From Pachysolen tannophilus NRRL Y-2460 (taxonomy: Eukaryota): 64,000 nt of DNA. The notes below the pieces were generated by a model. It saw only the letters and a program-made list of their open reading frames with translations. It was not told where the DNA came from and did no database searches. A program made the translations under genes and the position numbers. The stretch covers positions 289,868 to 353,867 of the forward strand of contig KV454016.1 in the NCBI GenBank assembly GCA_001661245.1, read 5' to 3'. How positions within the stretch are numbered: the first letter of the stretch is position 1; each line of letters begins with the position of its first letter. Positions 21,672-34,121 of the stretch are shown piece after piece.

Positions 21672-24600
21672 TTATCTAATGTATCCCCCTTCAAGTGATA
21701 CATAACTACCTCTATTAAACTTCTTTTTATTTTTTTTCTTCCTGTTACCGTTATTATTACCACCATTATTGGTCATATCAGCATAACTACCGCCAAATCC
21801 ATTGCCATTCATGGGAGGATACAGCATTGCAGCTGGAGGCAGAAAATGGGCAGGAATTGCAGCAGTGGTTAAGATATATGGGTATTGATGTGGATGCTGC
21901 ATAGGAGTGGCATTAATAGGATAATACTCTTCAAAATATTGCTGTGGCAGCATCTCGGGATTGATATTCCCACTATTCCCATATTGATCTTCAGTCAAGA
22001 CGTGAGCAGCATATAACAAATTATCGTGCTGTGATTGTGCCAAGTACTGTGCCATTACCTGTGAGCCAGATGTGGCAAAAGGGTTAAATTGTGCATGATC
22101 AAATGAATTAGAGATTGGAAGCTGCGAGAACTGTTGTGAAGCAACACTACCATTACCACTTCCGCCACCACCACTTTCGCCGCCACCAGGACTCATGCCT
22201 GCAGAAACTAGTAACGCATGCTGTTGTTGCAGAGATGGTGGTACTTGATAGTACTGAGACGCTTGGGATCTTGATGACTGCCTAGAATGGTTATGAAATT
22301 GTTGATACAACGGAGGAAAATCGTAAGAGCTCGACGATGATCTGCTATTGTTTTGTCTAAATTCAGTGCTATTATTATATTCATTGATATTAGTGGCACT
22401 ATTATCACTCTTACTTTTTCTATAACTAACACCATTATTTTTACTATAGCGATTAAGATGACCGCTACTGTTGTTAAATTTCTTTTGATTCTTCCCGTTA
22501 AATTTTGTAGAATGCGAATCTGCTGATCCAGTGTTTGAACCAGCTAAAACAGCAAGTTCATTAGGATTACTAGAACCAATAACAATTGAAATAGAGTCAT
22601 CCTCGGAATCGCTATAGTCAAAAGTAACAGGACTTGGTGAAGAGGATATCAAATTAACTGGCGGAATTGATGACGAAGAAGATTGTTGTTGATCTTGAGG
22701 CACTGGTTCAAAAACAGCTTCTGAATCATTATCGCTATTTTCTCCTTCATCATCAGCCTGATTTTTCAAATCACTGGATGTCTGCAGTTTTCCATTATCA
22801 TCATCATCATCATCAGCATCCCCTTTTACCGTATGATTTTGTTCTTCGATGGCATATTCTTTTATTTCCACTCTAACATTTTTCTGTCCTATTTCTTCTT
22901 CGACAACTACTATTCTATTTTCTCCTGTTTCGCTCTCTATTTCTTTTTCTTCTTTTATAATTTTGTCTTGTTCTTCTTTTTGTAATTGTTCTTCTGGTAA
23001 TAATTCTTCATTTTTACTTCTTTCTTCAATATCCTCTGTTAATGGTTTCAAATCTGGATCAAGGTCATCTAATGTTACAAAAGAATCTTCCACAGGAGAT
23101 ACCTGCTTTTCTTCCAGATTCAAAGATTTAGACATAATACCAATACTAGCAAATACAAGCAGGGCATCACCATCTTGTAATTGAGGATTGCTCTTGTCCA
23201 GATTATCATGTAACGTATCTACTGAACAAGTGTCCTCATTTATTGTAGAAATGGATTTTGCTTTTGATTTCTTTCTGGGTTTTGGAGGATTACCACACCG
23301 ATCCTTACCGAATGATATTTTATACTTCAGGTAACGATCATTGAAACGTTTTTGAAAATGTTCATTATTTTTCTTTTTAAATTCATCAACAACTTTAATT
23401 GCAGAAGTAATATTTAAAAAATTGACAAATGCACAGAAACCATCTTTGAAAAAATTTATTTGTTCAATTTCACCAAATTCACTAAAATCTTGTCTTAAAG
23501 TTTCTTCATCTGGAACTCTTAAATCGCTAAATTGTTCAGTAACTCCTATATAAACATTTCTTGAAGCACCAGCAGTTACAGCAAGAGCAATTTGATTTGG
23601 TAATTTTCCTGAATGTTTACCCCATCCAACTTTTAACTTCCTATTATGTATTATTAAAGAATCCATATTTGTAGATGCATAAAATTGTGCAGCAGCTAAT
23701 GGATCAATAAAAGTTAAAAAGCAAAAATGTTTTTCTTTTAATAATTTAATTGATTGTAAAAGTCCACCTCTAACAATATTACATATTTCTTCACAAGTTG
23801 TATTTGGATGCAAATTTCCTAAATAAACAGTTCTATTTCCTACATTACTTGCACCACCAACAGTAGTAGCTAATGCAGCAGCAGCTTGAGTATTTTGGGA
23901 TAAAGTTGAATTCAAAATGTTATTATCATTCATACCTGGGAAATAACTATCTGTATTATAATTGTTATTAGTGATGTTACCATTACCATTAAAATTATTA
24001 TTTGTATTGCTATTTCCATTATTATTAATATTAGTATTATTTCTCAGTTGATTTTTAGAACAACGATCTTTACCGTAAAAAATTTTACAATTGGACCATA
24101 CTGAATCCAAAGGTAATTGATCAACAGCTTTTATTGCACTTGCAATATTTGTAAAATGTACAAATGCAATTTTCTTATCAGCTATGAAATCAATAGATTC
24201 AATGATTCCATAATTACCTAATTCTTCTTTTAAAAATTCTTCAGTTATATGAGAAGGTAAATTACCAATATAAACATTTCTTGTGGCACTATCATTTTCA
24301 ATAGCAGATTTCACTATTGGAGAAATAGAATTTGATAATGTCCATGAAATTTTTAAATTTGGAGCATTTAATGATATTGCTAATTTATGATTATTACTTA
24401 TTTGTTTAAAAAAAGATGCAGCTGTTTTTTGTTCTAAAAAAGATATGACAATAGATTTATTTTGTGAATTATTTTCATCTTTCAAAAAATGACAATTTTC
24501 CACAGGTCCATAATTGACATTATCTAATAATTTTGATAATGTGACATTTTCTGGTAAATCATGGAAAATAATAGATCTACTATTTGTTACCATGTTGCCA

Positions 24601-25262
24601 TTTGATGAAATATTTGAATTCAATTGGGAATTATACTTGTTATAATTTAAACCATCTCTTAATGAACTTGAAGAAGAAGAACTACTTAATGGTTTCATCA
24701 TTTGTGGTTGTCTTTGTAGTTGAGAATGTAACTGATAATTAAGACCTCTCTTTCTAGCATTTTCCGGAGGAGTATTAATCATTGGAGCTTGTGGAAACTG
24801 TGGACCCGACATTGCGGCTTGGAAATGCAGAAACTTGTTACCATTACCATTACTGTTACCATTACCGTTACTTATACTGTTATTATTACTATTATTATTG
24901 TTATTATTATTATTGTTGTTATTACTATTATTATTATTGTTATTGTCATGATTATTACCGCTATTATTACCATTATTGACATTCACATTTGTACTACTAC
25001 TCCCTCCAACCCCGCTAAAACTAGGTCTCGCTGGCGAGACATTAATTGGAGTTTGAACAAAAGGTGATCCCAAGAGTAATTGTCTCGGTAACATCGAAGC
25101 GCCATAAGTAAGATCAAACGGTGTCTGAGGAGGGTACTGCTCCATCATCGAATTTGAAGGTGGTATGGAATTTCGATGTGTAAGTTGCGGCGGCGGCGGC
25201 AGCGGTTGGTGATAGGGCTGTGAACCATTGGGATATTGAGTATATAGATGATGTGGATGCAT
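21672..25262 (-). CDS. MRN1: Multi-RRM RNA-binding protein (Mrn1/S. pombe Nrd1 family)
   Basis: ATRNVYIGNL, GNRTVYLGNL, KVGWGKHSG and GASRNVYIG motifs, with YGKDRC/FGKDRC at the RRM ends. Confidence 0.85.
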   Translation of the reverse strand: MHPHHLYTQYPNGSQPYHQPLPPPPQLTHRNSIPPSNSMMEQYPPQTPFDLTYGASMLPRQLLLGSPFVQTPINVSPARPSFSGVGGSSSTNVNVNNGNNSGNNHDNNNNNNSNNNNNNNNNNNSNNNSISNGNGNSNGNGNKFLHFQAAMSGPQFPQAPMINTPPENARKRGLNYQLHSQLQRQPQMMKPLSSSSSSSSLRDGLNYNKYNSQLNSNISSNGNMVTNSRSIIFHDLPENVTLSKLLDNVNYGPVENCHFLKDENNSQNKSIVISFLEQKTAASFFKQISNNHKLAISLNAPNLKISWTLSNSISPIVKSAIENDSATRNVYIGNLPSHITEEFLKEELGNYGIIESIDFIADKKIAFVHFTNIASAIKAVDQLPLDSVWSNCKIFYGKDRCSKNQLRNNTNINNNGNSNTNNNFNGNGNITNNNYNTDSYFPGMNDNNILNSTLSQNTQAAAALATTVGGASNVGNRTVYLGNLHPNTTCEEICNIVRGGLLQSIKLLKEKHFCFLTFIDPLAAAQFYASTNMDSLIIHNRKLKVGWGKHSGKLPNQIALAVTAGASRNVYIGVTEQFSDLRVPDEETLRQDFSEFGEIEQINFFKDGFCAFVNFLNITSAIKVVDEFKKKNNEHFQKRFNDRYLKYKISFGKDRCGNPPKPRKKSKAKSISTINEDTCSVDTLHDNLDKSNPQLQDGDALLVFASIGIMSKSLNLEEKQVSPVEDSFVTLDDLDPDLKPLTEDIEERSKNEELLPEEQLQKEEQDKIIKEEKEIESETGENRIVVVEEEIGQKNVRVEIKEYAIEEQNHTVKGDADDDDDDNGKLQTSSDLKNQADDEGENSDNDSEAVFEPVPQDQQQSSSSSIPPVNLISSSPSPVTFDYSDSEDDSISIVIGSSNPNELAVLAGSNTGSADSHSTKFNGKNQKKFNNSSGHLNRYSKNNGVSYRKSKSDNSATNINEYNNSTEFRQNNSRSSSSSYDFPPLYQQFHNHSRQSSRSQASQYYQVPPSLQQQHALLVSAGMSPGGGESGGGGSGNGSVASQQFSQLPISNSFDHAQFNPFATSGSQVMAQYLAQSQHDNLLYAAHVLTEDQYGNSGNINPEMLPQQYFEEYYPINATPMQHPHQYPYILTTAAIPAHFLPPAAMLYPPMNGNGFGGSYADMTNNGGNNNGNRKKKNKKKFNRGSYVSLEGGYIR

Positions 25263-25584
25263 TATTATAATTTTATATTATATGAACTTTTTCCCGATAT
25301 TATTTTTTTAATTATTTTTAATTTTATTATTTTTAATTTTAATATTTTAGTATTTTCTTTTCTCTAATTCCAGGACGTTTTTTTGTTTTTCCGATTCTTG
25401 GTTAAAATTATATATCAAACACATAAATATATATATAGATATATATATATATATATATTTAATATATTAATAGCTATTGATAATAGCTTTCCTTTTCTTT
25501 CCTTCTCGGTTGATAATAAATAACTTTAATCAATCGATGATTTTCTTTCTAATATTGCAATATTTCACAAAAAAAGATTATATA

Positions 25585-25628
<44 letters not shown>

Positions 25629-27478
25629 CCTTGTCTTGAGATGTGAAATTTTTAAAGCGCACGCCTTGGGAAATTTTTTTTTTTCCCTCCTTTCTTAAAA
25701 CAGCAGGGAAGAGATCAATTTTTTTTTTTTAAATACAATTTATTATAATATATCGGACGGATTTAATGTTAGAAAAAAGTAATAACTGGAAGCGAAAGGA
25801 AAAGTTTGAAATGTATGTTTGATGATCTATAAATCTATCTATCTATATATCTATATATCTTTGTTTTAAATGCTTGAAGCATACATATAATAGAAGAAAA
25901 CAAACAAAGTAAAATGGGTTATAAGTAATAAGGCACTAAAAAAAAAAAATTTTTTTTTTTTTTCCTTATTTCTTCTATTTTGCCTACAAATAATAAGAAT
26001 TAAAATGTTAAACGTTACAAGACAGTTTGGGAAAACAAGTAACAATTAACAAAAAAAAAAAAAATTCTTGCCTTTCAGATTGCCTATGTATTGCCCTCAA
26101 AAATTTTTTTTTTTTTTTGAATGTTAACCGGTTTGTTAAAGAGAAACGTATACTTACTATAAAGGCTGTTTTTAGCCACTTTGTTCATTTTCTTTAATTT
26201 GTTCAAGTTCTAAAGTTTCTTTGCTTTGTTCGTTTTTGGTCAAAATGAAGAAGATTTTTTATACGCGAGCTGCACAAACTTTAAATTTCAAGAAATTTCA
26301 TCTGTTTAATGTACTATTTATAATTAAAGTGATTTATTGAAATAATTAAACTGAAACACACAATATTTATTAATGAATTAGTTTTCTAGTATCAAGAATT
26401 TAAGAATCTCCCATTCTTTAAAAGACAAGATTTTATTTTATTTTATTCTATTTTGTCAATTTAAAAAAAATATTTCACTTATTTCTTTTAAGAAAAAAAA
26501 ATAAAAAATTACGTTTTGTAATTAATAACAAAACCGTATTTGCTTAAAAAAGTTTAGCCTGCATATTAATATATTAAATAAAATAAGTAAGTAAGTTAAA
26601 AAAAAAAAAAAAAAAAAAAATTAACAAAAATGAAAAAATCTGTGACATAAACATGAACACATATATACTCACAATAAACTTCCCTTATGGGACAACAACA
26701 TATTGTACCTGTTGTATTTCTTATATAGTATACTATAATATGTCATAATGTGCCCTCGATGTGCAAACTGAATCTAAAGTCCGCGAAAAAAATCCAAAAA
26801 ATCCAAAAAAGAAGCTTGGCAATGGTTAGTTTCCTGCACCTTGTTATAGATTTTGATGTATGGAAAATAAGTTCTCCAACAGTTAAAACTCGAAACAAAA
26901 TAAAAACAGAAAAAGATATAATTAAAAATATTAGTTATTTATTATTTCTTCTTCTTCTTTTTCTTTCCTTGACACCATTGGAGAAATGAATATTTAAAGA
27001 TAGAACCTAATAATATCTTTTTATTACGAGTCAAAATCAAAACCAAACAAAACGAAAAAAAAAAAGAAAAGAAATTTGAGTCAATTTTACAAGGGAGTTA
27101 AAAATAATTCCACGTGTACTTTTCTTTTTATCGTTTGGTTTACCTCATCATTTTTTTTTACAAAATTCTTTTAATGTACACATGTAAGTGTGCATTAAAA
27201 GAACAAAAAAAAATATAAAAATATATATAGTAAAGATCAGAATGGATGAGCAAATAACTTACAATACAAATAATATAATAATAATTGAAAAAAAGTTTTA
27301 TGTTAATCCTTATGATAATATATGAATAATCATTTTAAAATTTTCTCTTTGGTGGTTACAGATTAAATAACATTATATACCTCTTTTCGGGAGTTGTGAT
27401 TTGCCTGAACATCTAAAACTTAAAAATTTACCCATGTCGATCTAAATAAACAAAGAAGAAAATTATTCATTATTCTTT

Positions 27479-27513
27479 TTATTATTGATGATGATCATCA
27501 TCATCAATAATAA
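27479..27513. repeat. 16-bp inverted repeat built from (TAT)/(GAT) microsatellites
   Basis: TTATTATTGATGATGA-tca-TCATCATCAATAATAA. Confidence 0.7.
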
Positions 27514-28398
27514 TTAATTAATTGATTATTCGAATCGTTCAAGTGTTTTCGGTGTTATTGCTCGAAGCAAAGGCATTAGTTCCAGTAAATTGAAAAAGTT
27601 TTTCTTTTTTTTCTTTCTTGTATGAAATAGGATTTACAATGCCTAAACTTTTGTAAATTGTTATTTGTTCAGTTTTCCTCGGGAACTAATAAACTTTTAC
27701 CATCTGAGAAAATGGAATAAAATTTTTTTTTTTTTTAAAAAAATCGTGTAGATTCAAATTGGCCCGAAATAAGCGGTTTAAAGAAAAGAAAAAAATAAAT
27801 AGATATATAATGATTGATTTTTGATCATATATTGTAATGTTTATCCGTACCGAAAACCGTATTACTTATACTTCGCTCGGCCCACTATTATTATTATTAT
27901 TTAATATAAGCGGTGTAAGGAGTTAATACCTTGTAGGCTATTACAAAAAACTTTCTTCCTTTGAATCTATTAAAAACCTAGAATCGAGATCAATTATAAT
28001 GTGATTATGCAACAAAAAATGTATTACTTTCAAATACTTCTTCATCAACAACAGGGCGTTCTGATAAATTGTTTAATTTCATGCAGTATATCTCATCGAC
28101 AAAATACGTAATATTTACAAGCTGTGCTATTACAAATTGGTTTAAATCAATTATCCTGATAATTAATTGTTATATGCTATATAGAATAATAATAATAATA
28201 ATAATAAGAATAAGTAAAATTCTATACTTTGTTAATTTTTATTTTAAACCTTTCCTTATGGAATTTACCAACCATAATAATAATAATAATAATAACCACT
28301 GCACTTAACTGCATCAACAAAACAAACAAATATATATATATATATATATTTTTTTTAAAAAAAAAACTCCCTAATCAACCAACTAGTAAAACTATTTT

Positions 28399-29163
28399 TC
28401 AAGATGAATTTGAATTTAACCAAATCCTATAATTCTGTTGGGCTGTCTTAAAACTATTATTTATTGAGACATTTTGTTCCAACTCTTGATCAAATCTATC
28501 TATATGTATACCATTTTCTAATTTTAAAGTGTCCAATACACTAGTACCATAAATTATATTATAATTTGAAGATGATCGATCTCTCAACTCATACGAGGAA
28601 TTTAAAGAAACATCCAAATCTAAAAATTCTGGTTCTTGCATATGGCGGCAGGTGCAATTGGTGGGTATCGTCTTACTACTACTATTAGCGCTGATGTTAC
28701 TTGTAGCAGCATTACTACTCTCATGACTATGACTATTCTCATTCTCATTTTCATTATCGTTTTCATTTCCATTATCATTTTCATTATTAGTATTGTGATG
28801 ATTATTGCTTGCTATCTTGGAATCATATAAAAAATGATGTCCATGATTGCATTTCGGTGTAAATACTTCATCTGTATATGAAGAAGGAGAACGGGATGAA
28901 AAAATTGATCCCGCCGTTGACATTTTACTAGACACTGTAGATACAGCAGAATTATTTCTTTGTCCAAGTCCCTGTTGCAATTGCTCATTCTGTCCATTAT
29001 TATTATTATTATGAAACTCTAGCGCCGGTAATTGTAATTGTAATTGTTCTATAGTTAAACTTGTTGTTGTTTCATCCAATTGACGACATCTTAATGAACA
29101 ATAGATGGATCCAGGCTCACATGGTTTCCCATCAACAACACAAAATTCATCTTGGAAAAACAT
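28399..29163 (-). CDS. ECL1: Ecl1-family (extender of chronological lifespan) protein
   Basis: N-terminal FCVVDGKPC...IYCSLRCRQLD motif and C-terminal NYRIWL. ATG is at 29163; the ORF-track start at 29166 is GTG. Confidence 0.7.
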   Translation of the reverse strand: MFFQDEFCVVDGKPCEPGSIYCSLRCRQLDETTTSLTIEQLQLQLPALEFHNNNNNGQNEQLQQGLGQRNNSAVSTVSSKMSTAGSIFSSRSPSSYTDEVFTPKCNHGHHFLYDSKIASNNHHNTNNENDNGNENDNENENENSHSHESSNAATSNISANSSSKTIPTNCTCRHMQEPEFLDLDVSLNSSYELRDRSSSNYNIIYGTSVLDTLKLENGIHIDRFDQELEQNVSINNSFKTAQQNYRIWLNSNSS

Positions 29164-29715
29164 CACGATAGAGAGAAAGAAAGAAAGAAAGAAAGAAATA
29201 AAAAAAATTTTTTTTTTTTTTCCCTTTGTCCTTATTATATATATATATGTTAAGAAAAAAAAAAAAATTTAACTTTTAAATCTTTTATTTAATAATCCTC
29301 AATTAACAAAGAAGAAGTATTGGAAAATGACAAATACTTAATCTTATAAGTATTCAATTCCTTTACTCTACTCTAACTTAATGAATTAATTTGATATAAA
29401 AAAAATATTCATTTTATTTAAGAAAATTACGAAAGGATTGATACATATATATATAATATATATATATATAGATTAGGTCTAGATGACTTAGTTTCTACAT
29501 TAATTATAACCATATTTCTATCACTACCATAACTACTACTACTATTTACTACTGCTATATTATGTGTGTAATAACCACAAAAGGTGGTGGTTAAAAAGCC
29601 GCAGTAAGGTGAAAATTTTTTTGGGAAAAATAAATATTAACTCATTCTGAAAATAAATGAGGAATTTGCATGAGAACACATGATCGGTGTAATTTCATTA
29701 TAGCGGTTATAACAA

Positions 29716-29774
29716 GAAAAGACAAGGCAAGGCAAGACAAGACAAGACAACTAAAGACAACTAAAGACAAGACA
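29716..29774. repeat. Pentamer microsatellite (AAGAC/AAGGC)n
   Basis: AAAAGACAAGGCAAGGCAAGACAAGACAAGACAACTAAAGACAACTAAAGACAAGAC. Confidence 0.7.
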
Positions 29775-31202
29775 GGAACAATTTGTTCATTTACTTATTA
29801 CCTGTTTTAAAATTGTATTGTAATAATAATAATAATAATATTAAAAATTAATTAATTAATTAATTAATTAATTCCCTTTAATTCATAATAATTAGTTTAT
29901 TGGTACTTATTGAAACGAGATTCTCTAATCCGTGTATGTAGTGATACTTTTAGTTTGTACCGTCCCTCTTTTTTTTTTTTCTTTATTTCCTCTCCTACGA
30001 TTCTTATACGACTTGAACTTGCTAGATCACGTTTTCCTGCCAATTGTTTTGTTTATTACTTACTCCATGGTGTTTCGGAAATTTTCTCTTTTTCTTTCTC
30101 TTTGATGAGTAGAATAGTAGAACGTGATACTTTTTTCTTTTCTTTTCTAGCTAGGCGGGCGGTGTTTTAGAACTGGTAAACTTTTTTTAAATTTCTTCGT
30201 ACTTTTTCTTTGAATAATGGGCTACAATTGGGCGGGGCTCTTGTTTAACTATGGTAACTTTTTTTTCCGGTCGACTCCTTTCACTCTTATTCCCAGTCGT
30301 GGTTGGCTCGAGCAAGTAAAAAAAAAATAAAGAGTTGAGTTTTTGTTCTCGAGCCAGCAACATAAGGAGAAAGAAAAATTGCTCAGACGGAAGAATAAAG
30401 ATAGTCTAGGCCGGGTCAAAATTGCGTAGGTTACACCAGAGAAAAATGGAAGAAGGGAAGCAGGAAGTAAGAAAGAAGGGGGGAAGAGAGAGAGGAGGCA
30501 GAAGACGGGGGGATGGCGAAACAAGGCACATAACGGAGAAGAGACAAGGCTCAATAAATTTAAAAGAGAGAAAAAGAGAGAAGAGCCAGGAAAAAAAAAA
30601 ATAATAATAATAATAATAATTATTATTATTATTATTTCAGAATAATTTGCTTACATTTTTACTTTTCAGAACATTCTGACATCTTATCGAAATAATCAGG
30701 AAAACTGTGTAATTTTTTTTATTTTATCTTGTGTGTGTGTCTGTCTGTCTATATGAAAAATGTTTTAAATGTCTTGTTTTTGTGTTTTACAGGTCATAAC
30801 GCCTCATCATCACAGTCACCATTTCCTTTTCGTAAATCCAAAAAAAAAAAAAAATAGAAAAAATATAAACATGTGTGAGTGTGTGTAGAGATACCTAAGT
30901 GTGTCACACTCGCATATAGAAATTGTGATGGAATTAAAAAAAATATAATGAAACCTTTTTTTTTTTTTTTTTTTTTTTATTTTTATTTTTCTTATGATGT
31001 TTATTTGTTTACTTTTTCTGATTTCACGATAATAATGAAAAATGAGCTCATCGCTTGAAAAAATACAAGGTTATTGATGAGGTTAAAAGGATTTAAGAGC
31101 CTCAATATTAATGATCGTCAACACCTTTATTTATTTATTTTTTTTGTTCTGTTTTTGTTTTTGTTTTTAAATCTTTTCTTTTCTTTCTCTATCACCTCCT
31201 CA

Positions 31203-33377
31203 TCAGTTTAAAAATCGTAAATTGTAATAATATACCCATAATCTTCCATAATAATCATACTTATCCACCAAGTTTTCATCAATCTCCACAACACTCCCTC
31301 TTGGAACTGATTGATCTAAACCACCTCCTAAAACGTCATATGCACACCACAAATATCCTTCACATTGTCTAGTCATTGTCCAGCCTCTTGAAGGCTCAAA
31401 ATGATCCAGTTTATTTTGAACGTTATATTCCCCAGGTACTGGTTTCAAATAATTTTTAATTTTGATCAGGTTTCGATATTCATATTTTAAATCATTTTCA
31501 GTAGGTTTTATAGTACTATTATGCAGAATTTCTAAATTATATTGGAAATCATTTTGATAAGAATTGATTTTTTTACATTTTAAAAATCCTGAATTCATCC
31601 ATGCTAAAGTCTTACCATCACTATCTAATATATGTCCAGGGTGAGTAGAACATAATTCTCTAGCAACCATTTTAGAATCGTCAAATGCTTGTAAAGGAGT
31701 TAATTCACCAACAGCAACAGCAAAATTATTATTAAATTTATAATTATAATTTCCAGCATATAATTGACCCATCCAAATTAAATCTTTCTCACCATGAAGT
31801 CTTACTTTTATTAATTTGAAAAAATTCAATTGAATTGAAATTAAAATACCACTAAGATATTGTTTTTTATTCATCAATAATAATCCACTTTCCATTTGAT
31901 GTTTTGAAAATTTTTGGAAAAATCGATTGTTAGTAATTACTTTATCAGAATAAGGAAATTCAGATTCAAAAAAACTTGAATCTGCTTCATCAATCAATAA
32001 ACTTCTAAAGTAATTAACATAACCTTCTTCAACAAAATCATTTGCTTCTCTATCCTTATAAAAACTTGTATTTGATTTTAAATAATTAGATTCTTGAAAA
32101 AAATTTTCAATTGGAATTAATGGTATTGTATCAGAATCTAACATTATCACTTCTTCAAATGATGAAAATAATAAGGCTAATAATTTCATCGAATAAGTTT
32201 GAAAATGGTTCCTATAACGAGATTTGATCACTTTGGAAATATCTACAAAGATCAATTCTTGTTCACGAAATTGACCTTTAAATTGAACGTTTTCACCTTC
32301 ACCTTCACCTTCACCTTCACAACATGTATTTTCAGCTGTTGCAGCTTTATACAACAACTCCTTATTCAGTTTTGATAAATCGTTATTATAAACAATCTCT
32401 ATTGGTAATTCATTATTCAAAGTTCTTAGCAAGGCAATTAATCCAGCCAATTCTGGGACCAATGCATCATTCACTGTGACAACAATACCTTTCCCATTAA
32501 GATTATGTTGTAAATTTTCAAGAAAACATGGACTTGATTTCTCTGTTTTCTCACGTTTAAATGATTTAAGTTTACCATTTTTAAAAATTGAATATTTTGG
32601 AAAAGAAAATGAAAGCCATGGATATATTAATTTTTCTGCATTAGAACATAATTTAGCTTCATTAACTCCATTGAAAAAAAATTTACCAAAAATTGCAGAA
32701 TTGATTAAGATATTGTTAATTTCATTCATGATTTTTCTATTATGAGCCAATTTTTCACGTCTATTATTGATTAAACTTTGTTTAAGATTTTCATAACTAT
32801 AACCGAATTCAAAATTTTTAAGTTTCTCTTTGAAAAAGGATTCTATTTTTGAAAATTTTTGCAATCTAGAGTTTAAAAACTGCTGGAAATCAACTAATAC
32901 ATCTGTAAAGAAGGCATCATCTTCTAAAGTTTGAAATTCAAAGTTAGTTATTGGCAAAATGTCTCTATAGAACTTTTTACATTTTGCATCCAATGATAGC
33001 TCATTAAACTTAGCCTCACCTTTTAAGATTCTATATGGATTTTTAGTTTCTTTTGACTGGAATTTAATTTCTTGATTTGTTAAATCATCAAAAAGTGGTT
33101 TCTTATCCAATGCTTTCTGGATATATTCTAAATCGTCCCTTCCCAATTCATCCAACGCTTTGATTTGTTCTGTATTTAAAGAGTGCTTCTTAATATTGTT
33201 TAATATTTTGGTAGTCTTATCGTTCAAAAGTTCATTTGCAAGCCATAACGATACATTAATTAATACAAAGAGCACCAGAATTGCTATTAAAGACGTCCTG
33301 ATATGTCTTTTAAAAGTAATCCGAGACATATATTCTTTAAAAATTCTATTGTAAGCATTTTTCAGCGCAAAAATCAT
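31203..33377 (-). CDS. Alpha-1,3-mannosyltransferase (MNN1/MNT family, GT71)
   Basis: Type II transmembrane segment, KGIVVT, LRTLNNELPIEIVY, SFEEVIMLDSD, MESGLLL, ELCSTHPGH and YLWCAY. Confidence 0.9.
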   Translation of the reverse strand: MIFALKNAYNRIFKEYMSRITFKRHIRTSLIAILVLFVLINVSLWLANELLNDKTTKILNNIKKHSLNTEQIKALDELGRDDLEYIQKALDKKPLFDDLTNQEIKFQSKETKNPYRILKGEAKFNELSLDAKCKKFYRDILPITNFEFQTLEDDAFFTDVLVDFQQFLNSRLQKFSKIESFFKEKLKNFEFGYSYENLKQSLINNRREKLAHNRKIMNEINNILINSAIFGKFFFNGVNEAKLCSNAEKLIYPWLSFSFPKYSIFKNGKLKSFKREKTEKSSPCFLENLQHNLNGKGIVVTVNDALVPELAGLIALLRTLNNELPIEIVYNNDLSKLNKELLYKAATAENTCCEGEGEGEGENVQFKGQFREQELIFVDISKVIKSRYRNHFQTYSMKLLALLFSSFEEVIMLDSDTIPLIPIENFFQESNYLKSNTSFYKDREANDFVEEGYVNYFRSLLIDEADSSFFESEFPYSDKVITNNRFFQKFSKHQMESGLLLMNKKQYLSGILISIQLNFFKLIKVRLHGEKDLIWMGQLYAGNYNYKFNNNFAVAVGELTPLQAFDDSKMVARELCSTHPGHILDSDGKTLAWMNSGFLKCKKINSYQNDFQYNLEILHNSTIKPTENDLKYEYRNLIKIKNYLKPVPGEYNVQNKLDHFEPSRGWTMTRQCEGYLWCAYDVLGGGLDQSVPRGSVVEIDENLVDKYDYYGRLWVYYYNLRFLN

Positions 33378-33734
33378 ATTCTTACAAAGCTGACTGACTC
33401 CATTAATTCAAACAACAACAACAACAACAACAACGAACAAAATAACAAACAACTACAATCACAAAGCCTCCTCTTATATGTAAATATGTATATGTTCTGT
33501 TAAGCGCAGTAAATAAATCTTGTACTTTCAATTTTTTTTTTTTTTAAAGTATTTCTCTCGAGTTAATTTTTTTTTACTTACCAAATCGTGCATACAAACT
33601 GCAAAGGAAGAACTTTACAGTTCATAGCACCTTAAAAACACATAACCATATATTCTGAGGTAATATATATATATAATAAATCTAAAGAAGATAATAATAA
33701 TAAATAATATAGCATATTTACTTTCTTTAAGGAG

Positions 33735-34089
33735 CTACCGATTTTCTGACCAATACTTAAGCGATCTTAAAAATACACTAAAATTTAAATTTTCATCGTT
33801 TTTCACAAATAATACTGGCGCTTTTTCATAATTATAAATAGGTAAACCATGTAGACAACCATCACTATGTATTGTTTTATCTTTATTAATATTTAAGATT
33901 AAGTCGCTTGAACCATATCGATTCAATTCTTTATCTACATCTTGGTAAACCTTGTTATACAATTCTTCACCTACTAAATTGTTATTAATATTTGCAACGT
34001 AATTTTTAACAAAATTGACCATATGTTCTTTATGATCTTTCTTGGATAATAATAATACAGTCAAGCCAGATTCTTTTGAATTGGAATTT

Positions 34090-34121
<32 letters not shown>

